Shown piece by piece: positions 38,206 to 51,671 of a DNA stretch of 64,000 bases. The notes under the pieces were generated by a model. The model was not told where the DNA came from and searched no databases. It saw only the letters and a list, made by a program, of their open reading frames with translations. Both the position numbers and the translations under genes were made by a program. Position 1 is the first letter of the stretch, and every line of letters begins with the position of its first letter. The stretch is from Podarcis cretensis (Eukaryota), in assembly GCA_951804945.1 (NCBI GenBank), contig OX638150.1, forward strand, positions 37,262,001 through 37,326,000. The letters run 5' to 3'.

Positions 38206-40612
38206 GCCCACTAGCTATGAATTCCCCACATAACCTGGGACAAGCAACAATGTTTACACTTTATAGATACCTATGACTAAAATAAAGGTATGTGGGTGCT
38301 TTTGGATCCACATGTATAACTAAAGGTGGATAATATACTTCATAATTTTGTTTACATTCCACGGATACACTGTAATTGAATTGTAAGAAGATATAATAGA
38401 AGGGGAAAGCTCATCCTGCAAGGGGCAGCGAGAAGTAATTTGGCACTCACCTCTCACTTTGTTATGTCTGCACTATTGCTGAAAATAAGCCAGAGAAATG
38501 GCTTTCTTATCTTACAGTACCTCACCAGGACAACATCCTTACTAGAGGAACACTTCAAAGCACAGAGGAAACAGAGGACAGACAAAGAGAATAAATCATC
38601 GGGTAGACAAAAACATCAGTAAATGAAGGGTTTTGTGCTGTCATCTTATTTGCTGGAACTGTTTATGTTGTCTGTCCAGCCCAGCCAGGATAGAAAGCCA
38701 AAGTGGCATTAATCCAGGTTTTTAATTTTCTATGCACATATAGGCTTCATTTGTTACCATGCAGGGTGCAAACTTCCATTTCAAACGTGGCTATATAATG
38801 TCTCAATAAAGATTTATGATTCTATACATGCTTTAAGGGACAAGAGAATAACTTAGGTCTCTATATTTTAAGTTAGTTTGCTGTGTTTTAATATCTTTTT
38901 ACAGCCTTTACCAAAAGGCTGATACTACAGAATAGTAGCTCCACACAATGAACTATAGACCACAGAAATATTTAATTCTGAGACAATGAGAAATTTAAAA
39001 TATCTTACATAAACAGCCTTTTTCTAGTGAAACTCTTGTAGCTTACAATATAAATAGATTCTATTAGTCACTGGGGGCATTTAAATGACTCAAAGTAAGA
39101 GATTTTCATGTCTTATTAAGGTCACCACATTACATTACTAGAGTTTTAAGTTACATTCAGATTGTGTTGTGTTTTCATGCTAGTTTCCCCAAACGGGAAG
39201 TACTGCTGAACTCAGCTGTGCAATTCACTAGGAGCTGGCACTGAAATAATGTTGTGGAGGAGAGGTGTAATCTCTTGTCCTTCATCATGCAGATAATCTG
39301 CCATCTGAAGTGTGGCTTCTCTGTAAACTCCTGGTCACACAGAAGCCTCTCCCTCTGGGAGAAGAGGCATTTGTGTGGATGACCCAGCTCACATGGGTAG
39401 TTTTCTACATAGTGGAGGTGAGGGGCTTATATTGGGGCCAAATCAACAGCAAGAATCGGGACTACCCCAAACACATATTGCAGATGAGCCTGAAAATCTC
39501 AGTTTTTCTTTAAAAGAAACCAAAAAGGTTTCTAGGCTATGTGGCTGTAAAGAAAGGCTTGTTGTGAGGAAAGATGATGGGGCAAGCTATAGGCATCTTT
39601 TGGATTCAGTCAGAAAGAAGGGGAAAACTCATACCTTAGCCCTTCTTTGTAGCTACCATTTATTTCCCTGTTACATACTGCTTTCTAGCCACCCCAGCTG
39701 CACGCCTCTTCTGCCTTGCTCACGAAAAGACCCGTTTTTCTAAGCAGGCGACTGTTTATGAGGGGAGTTCTGACATGCACCAGTAGAGCAAATCCACCCC
39801 TCCTGTCAATACATCCACACTGTATTGAGCTCCACACCAGCTCGCCCTGTCCCACAAGATAAGTGGCAGTGACACACCTGCTGGGAAGCTAGCACTGCAG
39901 CTTTGCCCCACTGGGTGAGTTGCTACTGCTGGTATATTACTATACAACTTGTAACAAATGCTGCTATTATTGATCCAGAAAAACATTGATTTAGAATATC
40001 TGGATAGCCTTGTCCAAGTCCCTCATGCTTATGTAAACTCAGCAGTCTGCACACAGTAAATGTACAGGAGAGTCGCTTTGTGGATGCAATTTAGGGTAGT
40101 GGGGAAGAGTCATAGCTACCATCTCATTCAGCCATATACCATCGCTTCATTTATGGTTGAAAACTGAAAATATCAAACAGTGTTTTCATGGATGAATTCA
40201 ACTGCTGATCCCTAAATATATGGAGCCGAGATTGTAGCTGTACCAGTTGCTGGCACTGCTGTGACTCAGGCTACTCTCATCTCTGTATCAACTCTGCCTT
40301 CTATACTGGCTCGTGGGAGGGGGCTGGCTGGTATTTGGGGCTGCAGGGTTGTGACATATCCCACATAGGAACACCCTGCACACAAGGGTCTGGACTGCTC
40401 AATCCCCAGGGGCATTGGGGTGTGTGTGTGTGTGCATTTATAATGGATTTATCAATTGGCCAGGCATGCCGTGGCCACAACACAGTGACAAGGAGGGTCC
40501 AGTGCTCATATTATGGGGAAAAGGTAGGGGGATCTTAATGAAATCTACAAATCCCACCCCTCTGACTGTCCCCAAATTTAGATCTATTATGACCCCCACA
40601 CAATGCATTTTA

Positions 40613-40692
40613 CAGGGTGTTTCCTTTAAAAGAGGCCCCGTGGATGCAGCGTACACATGTTCCACGGGGCCTCTTTTAAAAGACTCACCCTG
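40613..40692. mobile_element. 80-bp mariner-like palindromic MITE
   Basis: TA-CAGGGTG...CACCCTG-TA with a perfect 20-bp inner stem (40625-40644 / 40661-40680). Confidence 0.8.
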
Positions 40693-42852
40693 TAGAACAG
40701 CAGCTGATGTGGTTAGCACAAAGGGTAAGGGGACAAGATACTTTTGCCCCTGTAAGGCCCTACATCAGGGCAGACAGTCACAGCTGTTCCATCATGGTTC
40801 ACAGCTGCTTGCCCACATGTGAAGCTTCCAGGGCACTTGGTAGGGGTTGAATCATGCCCACTTCGTAGAGATGTCCATATCCCACTAAAGGATTGAATAG
40901 TTATTTTTAATGCTGAAGTAATAGGTGCTTTAAAATCTTCCTACCCAACTTGATGATATGTCACTACTTAAACCAATGAGCTTGAGTACAGGTAGCTCAT
41001 CTACCTTCATGTGACTATAAATGTAGTAAAGTCAGGAAAACTCAGGATTCTAGAGATAGGACCGTATCAAATCTGGTCAAAGGGTTACAAAATTTCTAGG
41101 GGCATGGGATCCAAGTACATAAGACATTCAGAATGGATAAAATCTCCTCCAAAAATATTTTCTTAAAAATTATCAAGTGAAATAGGGAAAATGGCACAAA
41201 GACATTAAAATTTGGGGGGGGGGGAAATAAGCATTAATGATTAGGAGCTGCATTCATCTGGTAGTGGTAAGTTAAAACTTGAGGATTGGCTAAAAGTACA
41301 AAGGATTGTCAAAGGTTTTCTTCACTGCTGCAAAAAATGGAAGTTTTTAAATACTAGGACAACACAAACTACAGCTAATTATTTTGTTCAGCAAAAAATA
41401 GAAAATAAACACAGAGTTTTCTATTTCTCAAGACAAAAATATCTTTGTATGAGATAATGAATAAAAATCACTGGTTCAACAACTAAGCAGCCTCTTGGGT
41501 AACAGCCACAATTGCAGAAATGTGTCTTTGGCAGGAGACAGCCAGAGTAACAGAAACAGATGGATAGTGTCGGAGAATGCACATCAAAGAGGGACAAACA
41601 GCAACAGAGCAAAGAAAGTAAATTGAAAAACATGATGAAATTATATCTTACCATATAATATTTTTGTAAGAAAAAAGTCATGCTGCAGTTTGTGTGGCTG
41701 CCAATAGGTGGCCATGAGAACAGCAGCGACAACAGCAGGCAGAGCAAGGGAGCAGAGCAGACAGGCTGGCAGCACAAGTGAGGGAGCTGGCAGAGCAAAA
41801 CGGCAGGTGGGTTACCCAGGAAGGCCTCCCCCTGTTCTGTCTGCAGCCATTGCCACCTGGGAAGCCTGGGGTTTGAACGAGCAGGCAGGCCGTCCAGCAG
41901 AGTGAGCATGCACCCTGGCAGACCTTCATGCTGCTGCCCAATGTTTGCCAAAAACTCCCCCCTCTCCCCACAACTTGCCTCAAACCACTGCAGTATGAGG
42001 CAAAGGGGTGAAAGACTTTCTCCTCTTCATTCCCCCGTCTGCAAGTGGCAGCATGATCTTGGGATGGGGCAAGCTGTGAGGGTATGGGGGTGTTTTGGGG
42101 GATGGGGATCTGCAACTGGGGTGGCAACAGTTAGACAGATTAAATGAGGTGTGAGGGGATGGGGAGCTTTGAGTGAAAGAAGGGGATTGGCAAAGGGATT
42201 GGGGGAGTTGGCAAGCAATGTGAGCCACAGCAACGCTCCCTAATGAAGATGATATTGTCAGATATGTCCTATGAAGGGATAGTGATCTGACAAGCATGTG
42301 CAGATGAACTGAAAACCATTATGTCCCATAGAATTGCCAGATTATGGCTTTAAACACACCTACTTGGCTATGTATATTTTAAAACAAGGTATTAGTATCA
42401 CTAGCCAATTACCAAAATCATTTCATAATCTGATAATTCTTTATACCTTTTTGATTTTTTTTTCTCCATCCTTACTTAAACAATTATTATCGTAACCACA
42501 ATTTCAAAAGAAAGATGATCCACAGACTGATCTAATGGCATGCTGTCTGCATCTTTTATCCTTTTGCATATCATTTCTCATATATGTAATTTTCATCTGG
42601 TCACCCTAACTTAGCCTCTTGTGTCTGCCCTGCCTGTGTGCTGTAATTCAGAATGGAAAATGAAATGATAAATTTTAATAGCAATGAGTATTTTGGACAC
42701 CTTTTTATACCTTATTCGTATTAAATACAAACTTATCCTTAAGGCAGGAAGTATAGCTTGAATATAAACAAATAATGCCTACATCATACTTATTAAAGTT
42801 TCTTTCCAAAAGGTAGCATACATATTTTGAGAAAACAAAAGCTGTATCATAC

Positions 42853-45441
42853 CTGGACCAAGCAGCGGGGACCGGTTTGACTGGGCACTTGACTGGTGCG
42901 GTGGCTGAGGCTCAGCCATGTTTGCGTTGATAATGGTGGTGCTAGTGGTGGCGGTTGTGGTACTGCTCTGGATTACAGGATTGTTTCTATCCCACATGTT
43001 TACAGTCTTGTTGTTATTGTAATTTGGGTCACCCCAAGCTGAGGTACCATCATCAATCTCCATCTTGCGCCGAATGGATGGTGGAGAGGGCTCTTCCCAC
43101 CCCGTTGCTTCACTACTATCTTTCTGTTTGGCTGGCACTGGTCCACCAACCCATCCTGATCCAGTCTGTTTAACAGAAGCAGCTCCTCCCCAATTACTCA
43201 CGTTGTTGTCCTGGGATTTAGAAGCCCAATTCTGTTGAGGACCAGGTTTTAAAGATTCCCCCCAGCTCGTACCTGTATTAGCCTTGCTGTTTGTGCCATT
43301 TCCCCATCCAGTGGTCCCAGAACGCGTAGTATCATTCCAGCCAGACCCTGCTCTATTGTCAGTATCCCATCCAGAACCATTCTTTTTCCCATCTCCCAAG
43401 TGTCCAGGGACAGATGAGGAATCAACCCAATCTCCACCCCCTGAAGTCCAGCCTGGATTCGATTTCTGTCCATCTCCCCAGTTTTGAGATTTGGGTTTCT
43501 GAGGTTCACCCCAAGTAGGCGACTTGTCCTCCTGATTTGTGGTCCCACTCCAAGTGTGGCCACTTTTGGCAGCAGCAGCATTATTGACAGCAGTAGAACT
43601 TGCCGGCTCTCCCCATCCCCCTGGGCCATTTGGCGCTTTGTTATTGTTGTCGCCCCAACCTGTATTAGTTGGAACTGTTGCAGGTGGAGAGCTGACCCAC
43701 CCAGATACTGAAGAGGTATTTGTACTGTTCATGATGGACCCATCATTCTTGCCCCCCGAGTTTGAAGGCTGAGTAGCTGCACAACCCCAGGCCTCAGTTC
43801 CATTGTCATTCTTTCGTTCAGACCTTGGGGATTCTTCAAATTCCCAGGCAGTGTTTTGTTTTACAGGAGTCTGTCCCCATCCAGTGTTGGACAGAACCCT
43901 TGGGTCAAGGTCATTCCTTGGCAACTGGACTTGTCCTTGGTCTAGCATTCCCTTGTCTCTTCTTCGAGCCTCTCCAGTTCCTTCCCTCCCAGTACTGCCT
44001 TCATTCTGACTCCCATTGCTATCATTACTGCCTTCACTACCTGTGTTGCCAGATGCTGCAGCTTTGGCCCAAGAGTTTATTTGTTCATTGCCCTGCTGCA
44101 TGGCAGGATTCTGGCTGGTAACACTAGAGCTATCCCACCCTGTTGATCCTTTCCCATTGATGTCATTACTGGAATGCTGGTTTGGGGGCTTGCTCCATTC
44201 ACCATTAACGCCATTACTGGTGCTGCGGCTTGGGTGGCCCCAAGCACCAGAATGCATATTACCAACGCCACTGTTGCCACTGCCCCTGCCCCATGCTAAG
44301 ATCCCAGGACCAGCAGGAGGCCCCGAATCCCATGCACTTGTTCCATTCCCTTCCTTTTGTACAGCACTGCTGGATCCATTTTGTTTAGCACTTAATGCTG
44401 AGTTCACAGTGTCTCCATTCCCCTGACTGAACCCAGAATTGCTGTTTCCTGTGGCAGGATTACCTGGGGATATCCCCCACACTGAATTGCCCATTCCTTC
44501 ACCACTTCCCCCACTGACTTGAGAAACTGATGTCCCATTAGCACCAGGAAGGCTTTGCAGGTGGGGCGGGATGATGGCCCCCATGCCAACAGCCATGCCC
44601 CAGTTCGGCAGTCCATTTGTCTGCATTGCATTGATAGGGTTTGGTGAAGAGTTCATNNNNNNNNNNNNNNNNNNNNNNNNNNNNNNNNNNNNNNNNNNNN
44701 NNNNNNNNNNNNNNNNNNNNNNNNNNNNNNNNNNNNNNNNNNNNNNNNNNNNNNNNNNNNNNNNNNNNNNNNNNNNNNNNNNNNNNNNNNNNNNNNTCCC
44801 ATTCTGGTTGCCCATGTTCTGACCTATGGCACTGACTGGACTGCAAATACTGGAAGGGTTGCCTGCTCCCACAGTTCCTTCATGTCCGAGTACAGGCCAG
44901 GCAGCTGGATTGGCATTTGGATTAAGGTTAAGATTAATGCCAGCATTTGAGTTGGAAGCACCCCAGCAATTTTGACTTCTACCATCTCCAATCATGTTGT
45001 CCATCTTTCCATCCCCACCACTGGCAGAGCAATGAGCTAAGCCAGAGTTGGAACCTGTGGCAACACCCCACACTCTGGCTGAATTTCCATTACCATTTGC
45101 TCCACCAGCTCCAAGGGCACTCTGGTTAGAAGTGCTTTGGATGAGTGCTCCATTGGTGCCATTATTGCCATTGGGTTTCTTTGTATGTCCAGTGAAGTTG
45201 CCTTGGGCACTCCCTGTAGCCATGCTACTGTTCTCTGAGCCACAGTTGGAGGCAGAGTCAGTGTCTGTAGTACATTCTGAGGCAGATTCAGTCTCAGTTC
45301 CTGTAATGGAAGGCCACGCTTCCTTGTCAGTCCTGTCTATTATCACTTTATCCCAGCTGCAATTGGCTTCACTTCGGAAAGTGGGCTGCTGTCCCCAGTG
45401 AGTATTCTCATAATGGTCTCCCAATCCGCTGTGACCAAGGT
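42853..45441 (-). CDS. TNRC6C: TNRC6C large exon: GW-repeat Argonaute-binding domain (DLGHSG...MATGSAQG...EIDDGTSAWGDP...SPLLGP)
   Basis: 900-aa ORF 42779..45481; tttttcag| acceptor and G|GTATGA donor; 2589 nt, phase 1/1; many GW/WG repeats; DLDPRVLSNTGWGQTP and DDGTSAWG motifs; contains a 140-N gap that keeps the frame. Confidence 0.98.
44657..44796. other. 140-N gap inside the large coding exon
   Basis: N run; the reading frame is the same on both sides (47 codons affected). Confidence 0.98.
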
Positions 45442-45517
45442 CTGAAAAATTAAACATGATGTAAATTAGTCTGCTATCCAATGACCCAGATACATCAGTT
45501 GAACTCTGGCTTGATTG

Positions 45518-45565
45518 TTATGTTTACATTCTTTAAGAGTATCTTATGTTTACATTCTTTAAGAG
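45518..45565. repeat. 22-bp direct repeat TTATGTTTACATTCTTTAAGAG x2
   Basis: Two exact copies 4 bp apart, about 80 nt upstream of the large-exon acceptor. Confidence 0.85.
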
Positions 45566-47199
45566 ACTCTTCCTCCCTCCTTTATAGTCTAGCTTATGGG
45601 TAGGGGTTCCCAACTTTCACTAAGCCCTTGGAGAAGGACGGCTTGTGAATCGAAACAAATTCTTCAATAAGCATAATAATGCATTTTGAATTCTAGGTTC
45701 TGAAAAAACAAGTATGTTCAGTGCTAATACACAAAGGATTTACATGCAGACAATAGTACTATTTCTCTTTTATTAGGTTGCACTAATAGGGTCAGATATA
45801 ATAAGCAATACTTTGGGGCATGCAATTTCCAATATTTTCCTATATGCCACATACATTTTAAGCTGAACTATTAAACGGGAACTAGAAATGAAAGAAGAAC
45901 TCTACAAAACCAATCAAGCGTATTCTGTGGTCAACGAACAGTTATTCATGCCTTGTTAAATTTAGAAACAGAGATAAAAACTTCACTGTGAGGACTGATT
46001 TCCAATATTAAAATACTTCTCAAACATATGAGTTGTTATCACTTTCAGTTGTATGTTTTCACTGCATGAAATGAAATCAAAGAAATACTTTAGAATGTAT
46101 TATCACTGTAAACTAAGACTTTGATGACATGTCTGGTACTCGTTGGCGTACATACTATCACTCTAGTACAGAAGGTGGAGCCACACATAGTGCTGGTGCA
46201 CGGGACTGGGTCTCTTCGAACAGGAGCCAACATACTAGTCCACATCACAGCAAAGGACAGGCCTAGGCTCTTAGACCAAGGTCACAGATTAGAAATCACA
46301 AGGTATTATAGAGAGAACCGCTTGTAAATAGCTGCAGGATTGAGGCCTTTCATTCATTTCATATATATGAACAATCAAAAAGATGGGTGCTTTTAAAAAA
46401 AGGTAACTATGGCGGTAGTTAATAATGAAGATCACTTACATTTTGTACTATAGCACTGATAGCTATTAAATATAAATTGCATGTTCTGTACTTGTCATAT
46501 ATGATTTGGGACTTTAAAATGATACTTGATTGACAGGCCAATCTCCCTCTACAAATAAGCTGGATCTTCTCAAACAGCTGTTACACTGTGCCTCATCCAG
46601 ATATAAGCCAGCCCCTAAACTATTAATGCTGTAGGTTTCGACAATTTGAGTTTTTTAAGACTGATGTGACAAAATTCCACGATTCTAAATTGGGGCAACA
46701 ATAACTTCCCTGTCTGAAATAAAAAGTAATCAGTACCATGACCTCAATGAACATTTTAATGTAACTCCAAGATCTGATATCATAATCAGTATTTTAAATG
46801 ATCAAAACATATCAGAAAGCAATCTCAAAATCAGAGTGAAATGTAACCTTATGAAGAAAAACATGGACATTCACTATAAATGTGCATCCTGGAATAAAAA
46901 AACTCCATTCAAAATCAACGGGAAATGGTTAAGCTTGTATGTTTACCAACATGAACCGACATTGACTGATTTCATCAGCACTTAGATCTGAGGTCAGAAC
47001 TAATCTCAAAACTAGTACAAATTTGAAAGCATCCAAGAAGTCAGCTTCTTTCTATTTGTTTCTTTCATTCTAGTAGCTGAAATACTTGTTTATGCAGTCA
47101 GGAATTCAAAAAGCACAAACATTTAAGTGGGAATCTGTCCTGCAAGTTTGCTTTCACAACAACACTGACTCCATAAATGCTGAAGCTGTCAAGACTCTC

Positions 47200-48500
47200 C
47201 CAGAAAGGCATATGCAAATGTGGAAGGGTTAAGAGATGAGAACGCTAAATAAAACAGCTTTATTTAGAGACAAAATCCAAAATTAGGCAATGCATGTGGA
47301 AAAGCCTATTACTCTTTTAATTTTCTTCACTACGGTATGCTGCAAAGTATGTTCCGTCTGATGTGGGAACCTTTAATGCGTTCAGAAAAAGAGCTGAGCA
47401 GCGTAAAAAAGAGCATTCTTCATTATTAGATAGTGAGTACTCCATGAAACACTAACACTCCAAAACCAAACAGCAGTAGATAATGACAAATAACAACTTC
47501 ATTTTTTTGCCCAGCGCAGCATATCTTTAGCAAGCAGCTCTTTCTCTGAGGACGCCATTTTATCAAACCTGAAAGGCAGCCAAAAGCTTAGGACGCTGTG
47601 CTACTGCTGCTGTCTCTGAAACATTATGTAATAAACTGATTTAGCAGAAGCAGATGCCATTTGCCCCCTTCCCCCCCCCCTTGCTGCTCTATAGGGGCCA
47701 ACGAGTAATGAAATACCTGAGAAAAGGTGCTGCCCAACCATCCTAGGAGACGCTACATTGTGTGCAGAGCTGTCTCCCCTCCTGCATCTAGGTTCGCCTG
47801 GGCTCTCGGCTTCAATATGTCGGCTGTGTACAGAGTGAGCCTCATCCTGTAGAGCTGCCAAGAAAATCGCTCAGTGCAAGTGTGCGCCCAGACAACCTGC
47901 AAGCTTGCTCAGGCCCTAGCTGTGCGGGCTTTGGAAATGCCCTTTCCTCACAGGAGACTCCTACCCCCACCTCCAGCAGCACACAGCCCCCTTAACTCTG
48001 GGTAAGGTATCAACAGATGAGGATTTTAAAGCTTTGATTATCTAATTGCAGCTGACACTAAACCGATCTTCCTTCCTCTTTAAATTCTTTCAACTGTCAC
48101 AAAACATTTTCACTTCGAGACCTAGCCACAATTAGCACGGTGGCTGCTTTTCTTCTGGTTTTTGAAAGTCAGCCAAAAGAACAGCCGCATATTGCCGATT
48201 GGCTGCATGCAAATACATTCCTGCCTCCTACATGTTTCCATCCTCTTCTTTCCTTCTCTAAACAGCAGTGCTACACACACTTGGCATACCAGCACTAACT
48301 ACAATACTGGGGACAAACCTTATATAGAACCTGGCAAGCCTCCAGGTGCTTAATTACTTCTCTGCCTTTATCGCGAAAGCTGAAAACATGCAAGTCTATT
48401 AAAAATCACAGCTTCTATTTGTGAGCGTACAGCATTGTCACTGCGTGCTCAAACAATACATTATAGGCTGTAAGTGCTTTTCCCTCTCACAATTTCAAAG
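47200..48500 (-). promoter_or_regulatory. Candidate intronic promoter/enhancer
   Basis: YY1 consensus CGCCATTTT at 47553-47561, octamer ATGCAAAT at about 47212 and 48208, CCAAT (GATTGGCTG) at about 48197, raised CpG content, no recognisable transposon. Confidence 0.35.
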
Positions 48501-49263
48501 CATGGAATGGCAGAGGGAACTCTTTTACTGCTGCTTAAAGTTCATTGTCAGCCTTCCTAGATTTTGAGAGCAAATCAGGTGATTTATAGCATACAAGCTA
48601 TGAATTACGGTGCCATCCATCTATCCAGCCTTTAAGACTATAAAATCAACCACCAGTAGGGATTACTACTAATAATATAGTTGTCCTAGCATAGGATAAG
48701 TACTCCCAGAAGTAACTAAAATATGCATCAACTTGCCACAGCGGATCTCATAGGAGAAGAATCAGCTGCAATTATTCAGAAACAAAAAAGTTAAATTGCA
48801 CACAAAACATTATCTAGCTCCTAAAAATATAAACATAAAACTGCACCAAGCATATGAAGGAACATAGCCAACATTCTGTGAATTTAAGATATATATACTG
48901 TAAATTTAAAAAGTAAGTTTCTAGCCCATAAGAGTTATATGCTAGGCTCAAAAATGAGCAGGCATTGCTAATGGAAGTAGCCAGAGGAGCTGTTGAGAAA
49001 GGAGAAAGATTTCCAGTGGCCAGAACTTCAAATGTCCTGCAGTCTTCAGCATGCAAGGGTTCATTTACCTGCACAGTGTACTGTCCTCTGTGTAACTGAA
49101 AAAAGCGTGTAAAATTAAAAATGCAAATGTGCTTAGTCTGCATGAATTTGCCTGCAAATTTCTACATCCTGAAGCCTATTTACACACATTGTAAGCAATC
49201 GAAGGAGGGAGGTGCAAATATATCAGATATGTCAACATATCTGCTACAAAGTAGTGTTAGAAA

Positions 49264-49697
49264 CAGGGATAGAATAGCTAGGAGCCAAATGGCTTCTGGG
49301 ACCTGGGTTGTGGGCGCCAAAACAGAATGTGTAGACGCCAGGGGGAGGGGGTCAGCAACACTTCTTATTTATTATTTTGATAAGCATGAATTAATATGCA
49401 ATTCACATAAGTGACACATTGTTAATATCACATTTTTAGCAGAAATTGTTAGTACATGTTTAATTTGGTGTTTAAAATAAAAGTATTGGTACCGTACTTC
49501 AGTTTTCAAAACACTCTACTCTTTATTGTTCAACTCCTTAACATATTGTCTATCCTTAACATATACTTCAAAGCACATATATTTCAGTAATCCTTGAGTG
49601 ACAACCAGGCGCAAAAAAAATGGCACTCAGACTTTTTGAGGTGCTCGCAAATGGAGAATCTTTGGGTGCAAAATGCACCTGCTAATTTTGAGCCCTG
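49264..49697. mobile_element. Non-autonomous hAT-like element
   Basis: Imperfect TIRs CAGGGATAGAATAGCTAGG / CCTGCTAATTTTGAGCCCTG. Confidence 0.5.
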
Positions 49698-51616
49698 CTA
49701 CAAATATATCAAATATGTATTTTTAATTTTTAAAAATCCACTGTGGTGTGTTCAAAGTACTATTTACGAGTTAGTTTCTAACAATTGCTAAATACTGAAA
49801 TGCCAGACATTAGTTTATGAGGAAATAAAATTACTTCTGCCCTATTAACCAACATCTGTCTTCCTTTTCAATCCCAAAGGTGTCCTGAATTGAGCTATAG
49901 TTGTCAGGCATCCTATGGGGATGGGATGGGCATTTAGGAATATATTTCACTCCAGAATGTATATCTGGAAAGAGTTATACTCTGCACTTGTAGCTACTTG
50001 GTTGTCCTTTAAACATGGTAGACTTCAAAGGTATTTAAAATGTGTTCCAAACTATTCCAATTACTCACAGACATACTAGATAGAGAGATCAGCTGTTGGC
50101 AGGATCTTGCCAATGTTGGAAGACTCCTAAGCACCTGGTAGCCAAGCACCTACAAGTTTAAGTTTGGCATTAAAACCATGACAAAGGCAACCCCAAAATG
50201 TGATGCTGGCCCTAGGAATTAAAAACACTTTTCCAGTCTTGCACCCAACCACCTCTATGTCACTAAGTAATGGGTGCAGCAATTACTAATGCTGTTTTCC
50301 ATTTTTTCCCTTTTGTTGCTTTTATATCCTGACTTACTTCCATCATAGAACCAAAGGTGGTGTACATGTAGTTTATTACAGATTATCAATTTAAAGCTAT
50401 TCTTTTCTTTCAGCCCTGTAGAAAATATTTTTCTTTTTGCAAAAAGAGAGTTACAACTCTCCAGTTATATTACTTTCTCAGATGTCTGGAATTTTTTTAG
50501 GCAAGTCTCAAGCAGAAAATAAAAGCAGTGTTCTCTTTTTGGTGCAAGTTACAATTGCAATAATCTTCTAAGCACACAAAAATGGTACTTTTACTATTTA
50601 ATATAATTTTACACGGAAATATTGTATACCACACAGAGGTTTTTTTAAAAAAAATAAAACATTTATAAATGCATTTAAATAAATAAAATAATGTGGCCAC
50701 TTCTAACAGAGTATCATAATGCTTAGGACAACATATATGTGTATATGTAACTTGAAACAAACATGTGCATACATTTTAGGAGATACATTAAAATCAGTTT
50801 TCTGCTTAGAAATTCATCTATTTATCTGGAATTGTCATTTGAAATCCTAAACTTGTTTTACATGATAGGCACCTTCCTCTCCACAGCAAGTAAGTGTTAT
50901 GTCACAAACATCCCAAAGGAAGATTAGGACTTCAAGTGGGACATAAGCAGCAGGAAGAGCAGGTCAATTTCCAACCCAGTCAAAACCGATTAGCCATGCT
51001 AAAAATATACAAAAACTCCATTGTAAGGCGGCAAAGGTTACTGATTACATAGTACACTTTTCACAACCTCCCAAATGCCAAGTTTAGCCAACTACCAAAG
51101 TGGTGCTCTTCTTCCTTAACCTCGAGACAAACATTTTAAGGCTCAGCTATTATTAGATGCAAAGGCTGTGTCCCACACTCTCCTTCTGACTGTTCTGAAC
51201 CCCTTTCTCCATGTAGCCAAACTTTCATGATATGACAGCCTTGAAGAATTCTCATTCAGTTTCCAATATACCCCACTGGGTTAATTTGTCCACTCTCCTC
51301 CCTCTCCCCCATTGAGAAATAAAATTATATTAGCACACATTTCAATGTTCGGCTCAGGGACAAAATCTGTTAAGCAAACTAGTACTTAAATTTCATGTTT
51401 TTATGATGATGAAAAGTGTACTAAGCACTTAATGTATTTTGGGAACATAATGTATTCTGGCAACCAGTGGACGATATCCAATATTAGTCATACTCAGAGT
51501 AGAACAACTGAAATCAATGGAATTATGTAACTTAAGCACCTTGATTTCAATGGGTCTACTCCAAATATGGCTTAATTAGCTATCACTCAGAAATTTCTAA
51601 ATACCAGGGGTCTGAA

Positions 51617-51671
51617 TTTCAATAAGTACAGCAAGTGACAAGGTTTCAATAAGTACAGCAAGTGACAAGGT
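51617..51671. repeat. 26-bp tandem duplication TTTCAATAAGTACAGCAAGTGACAAGG
   Basis: Two exact adjacent copies. Confidence 0.85.

Noticed and set aside
41421-42297. Overlapping ORFs of 105-176 aa and G-runs (possible G-quadruplex)
   Set aside because: Low-complexity GC-rich sequence, probably a decayed repeat; the G-runs are on the template strand, so they are absent from the pre-mRNA
42955-45401. Many plus-strand and alternate-frame ORFs over the large exon
   Set aside because: Expected shadow ORFs of a Ser/Gly/Asn-rich coding exon; no recognisable products
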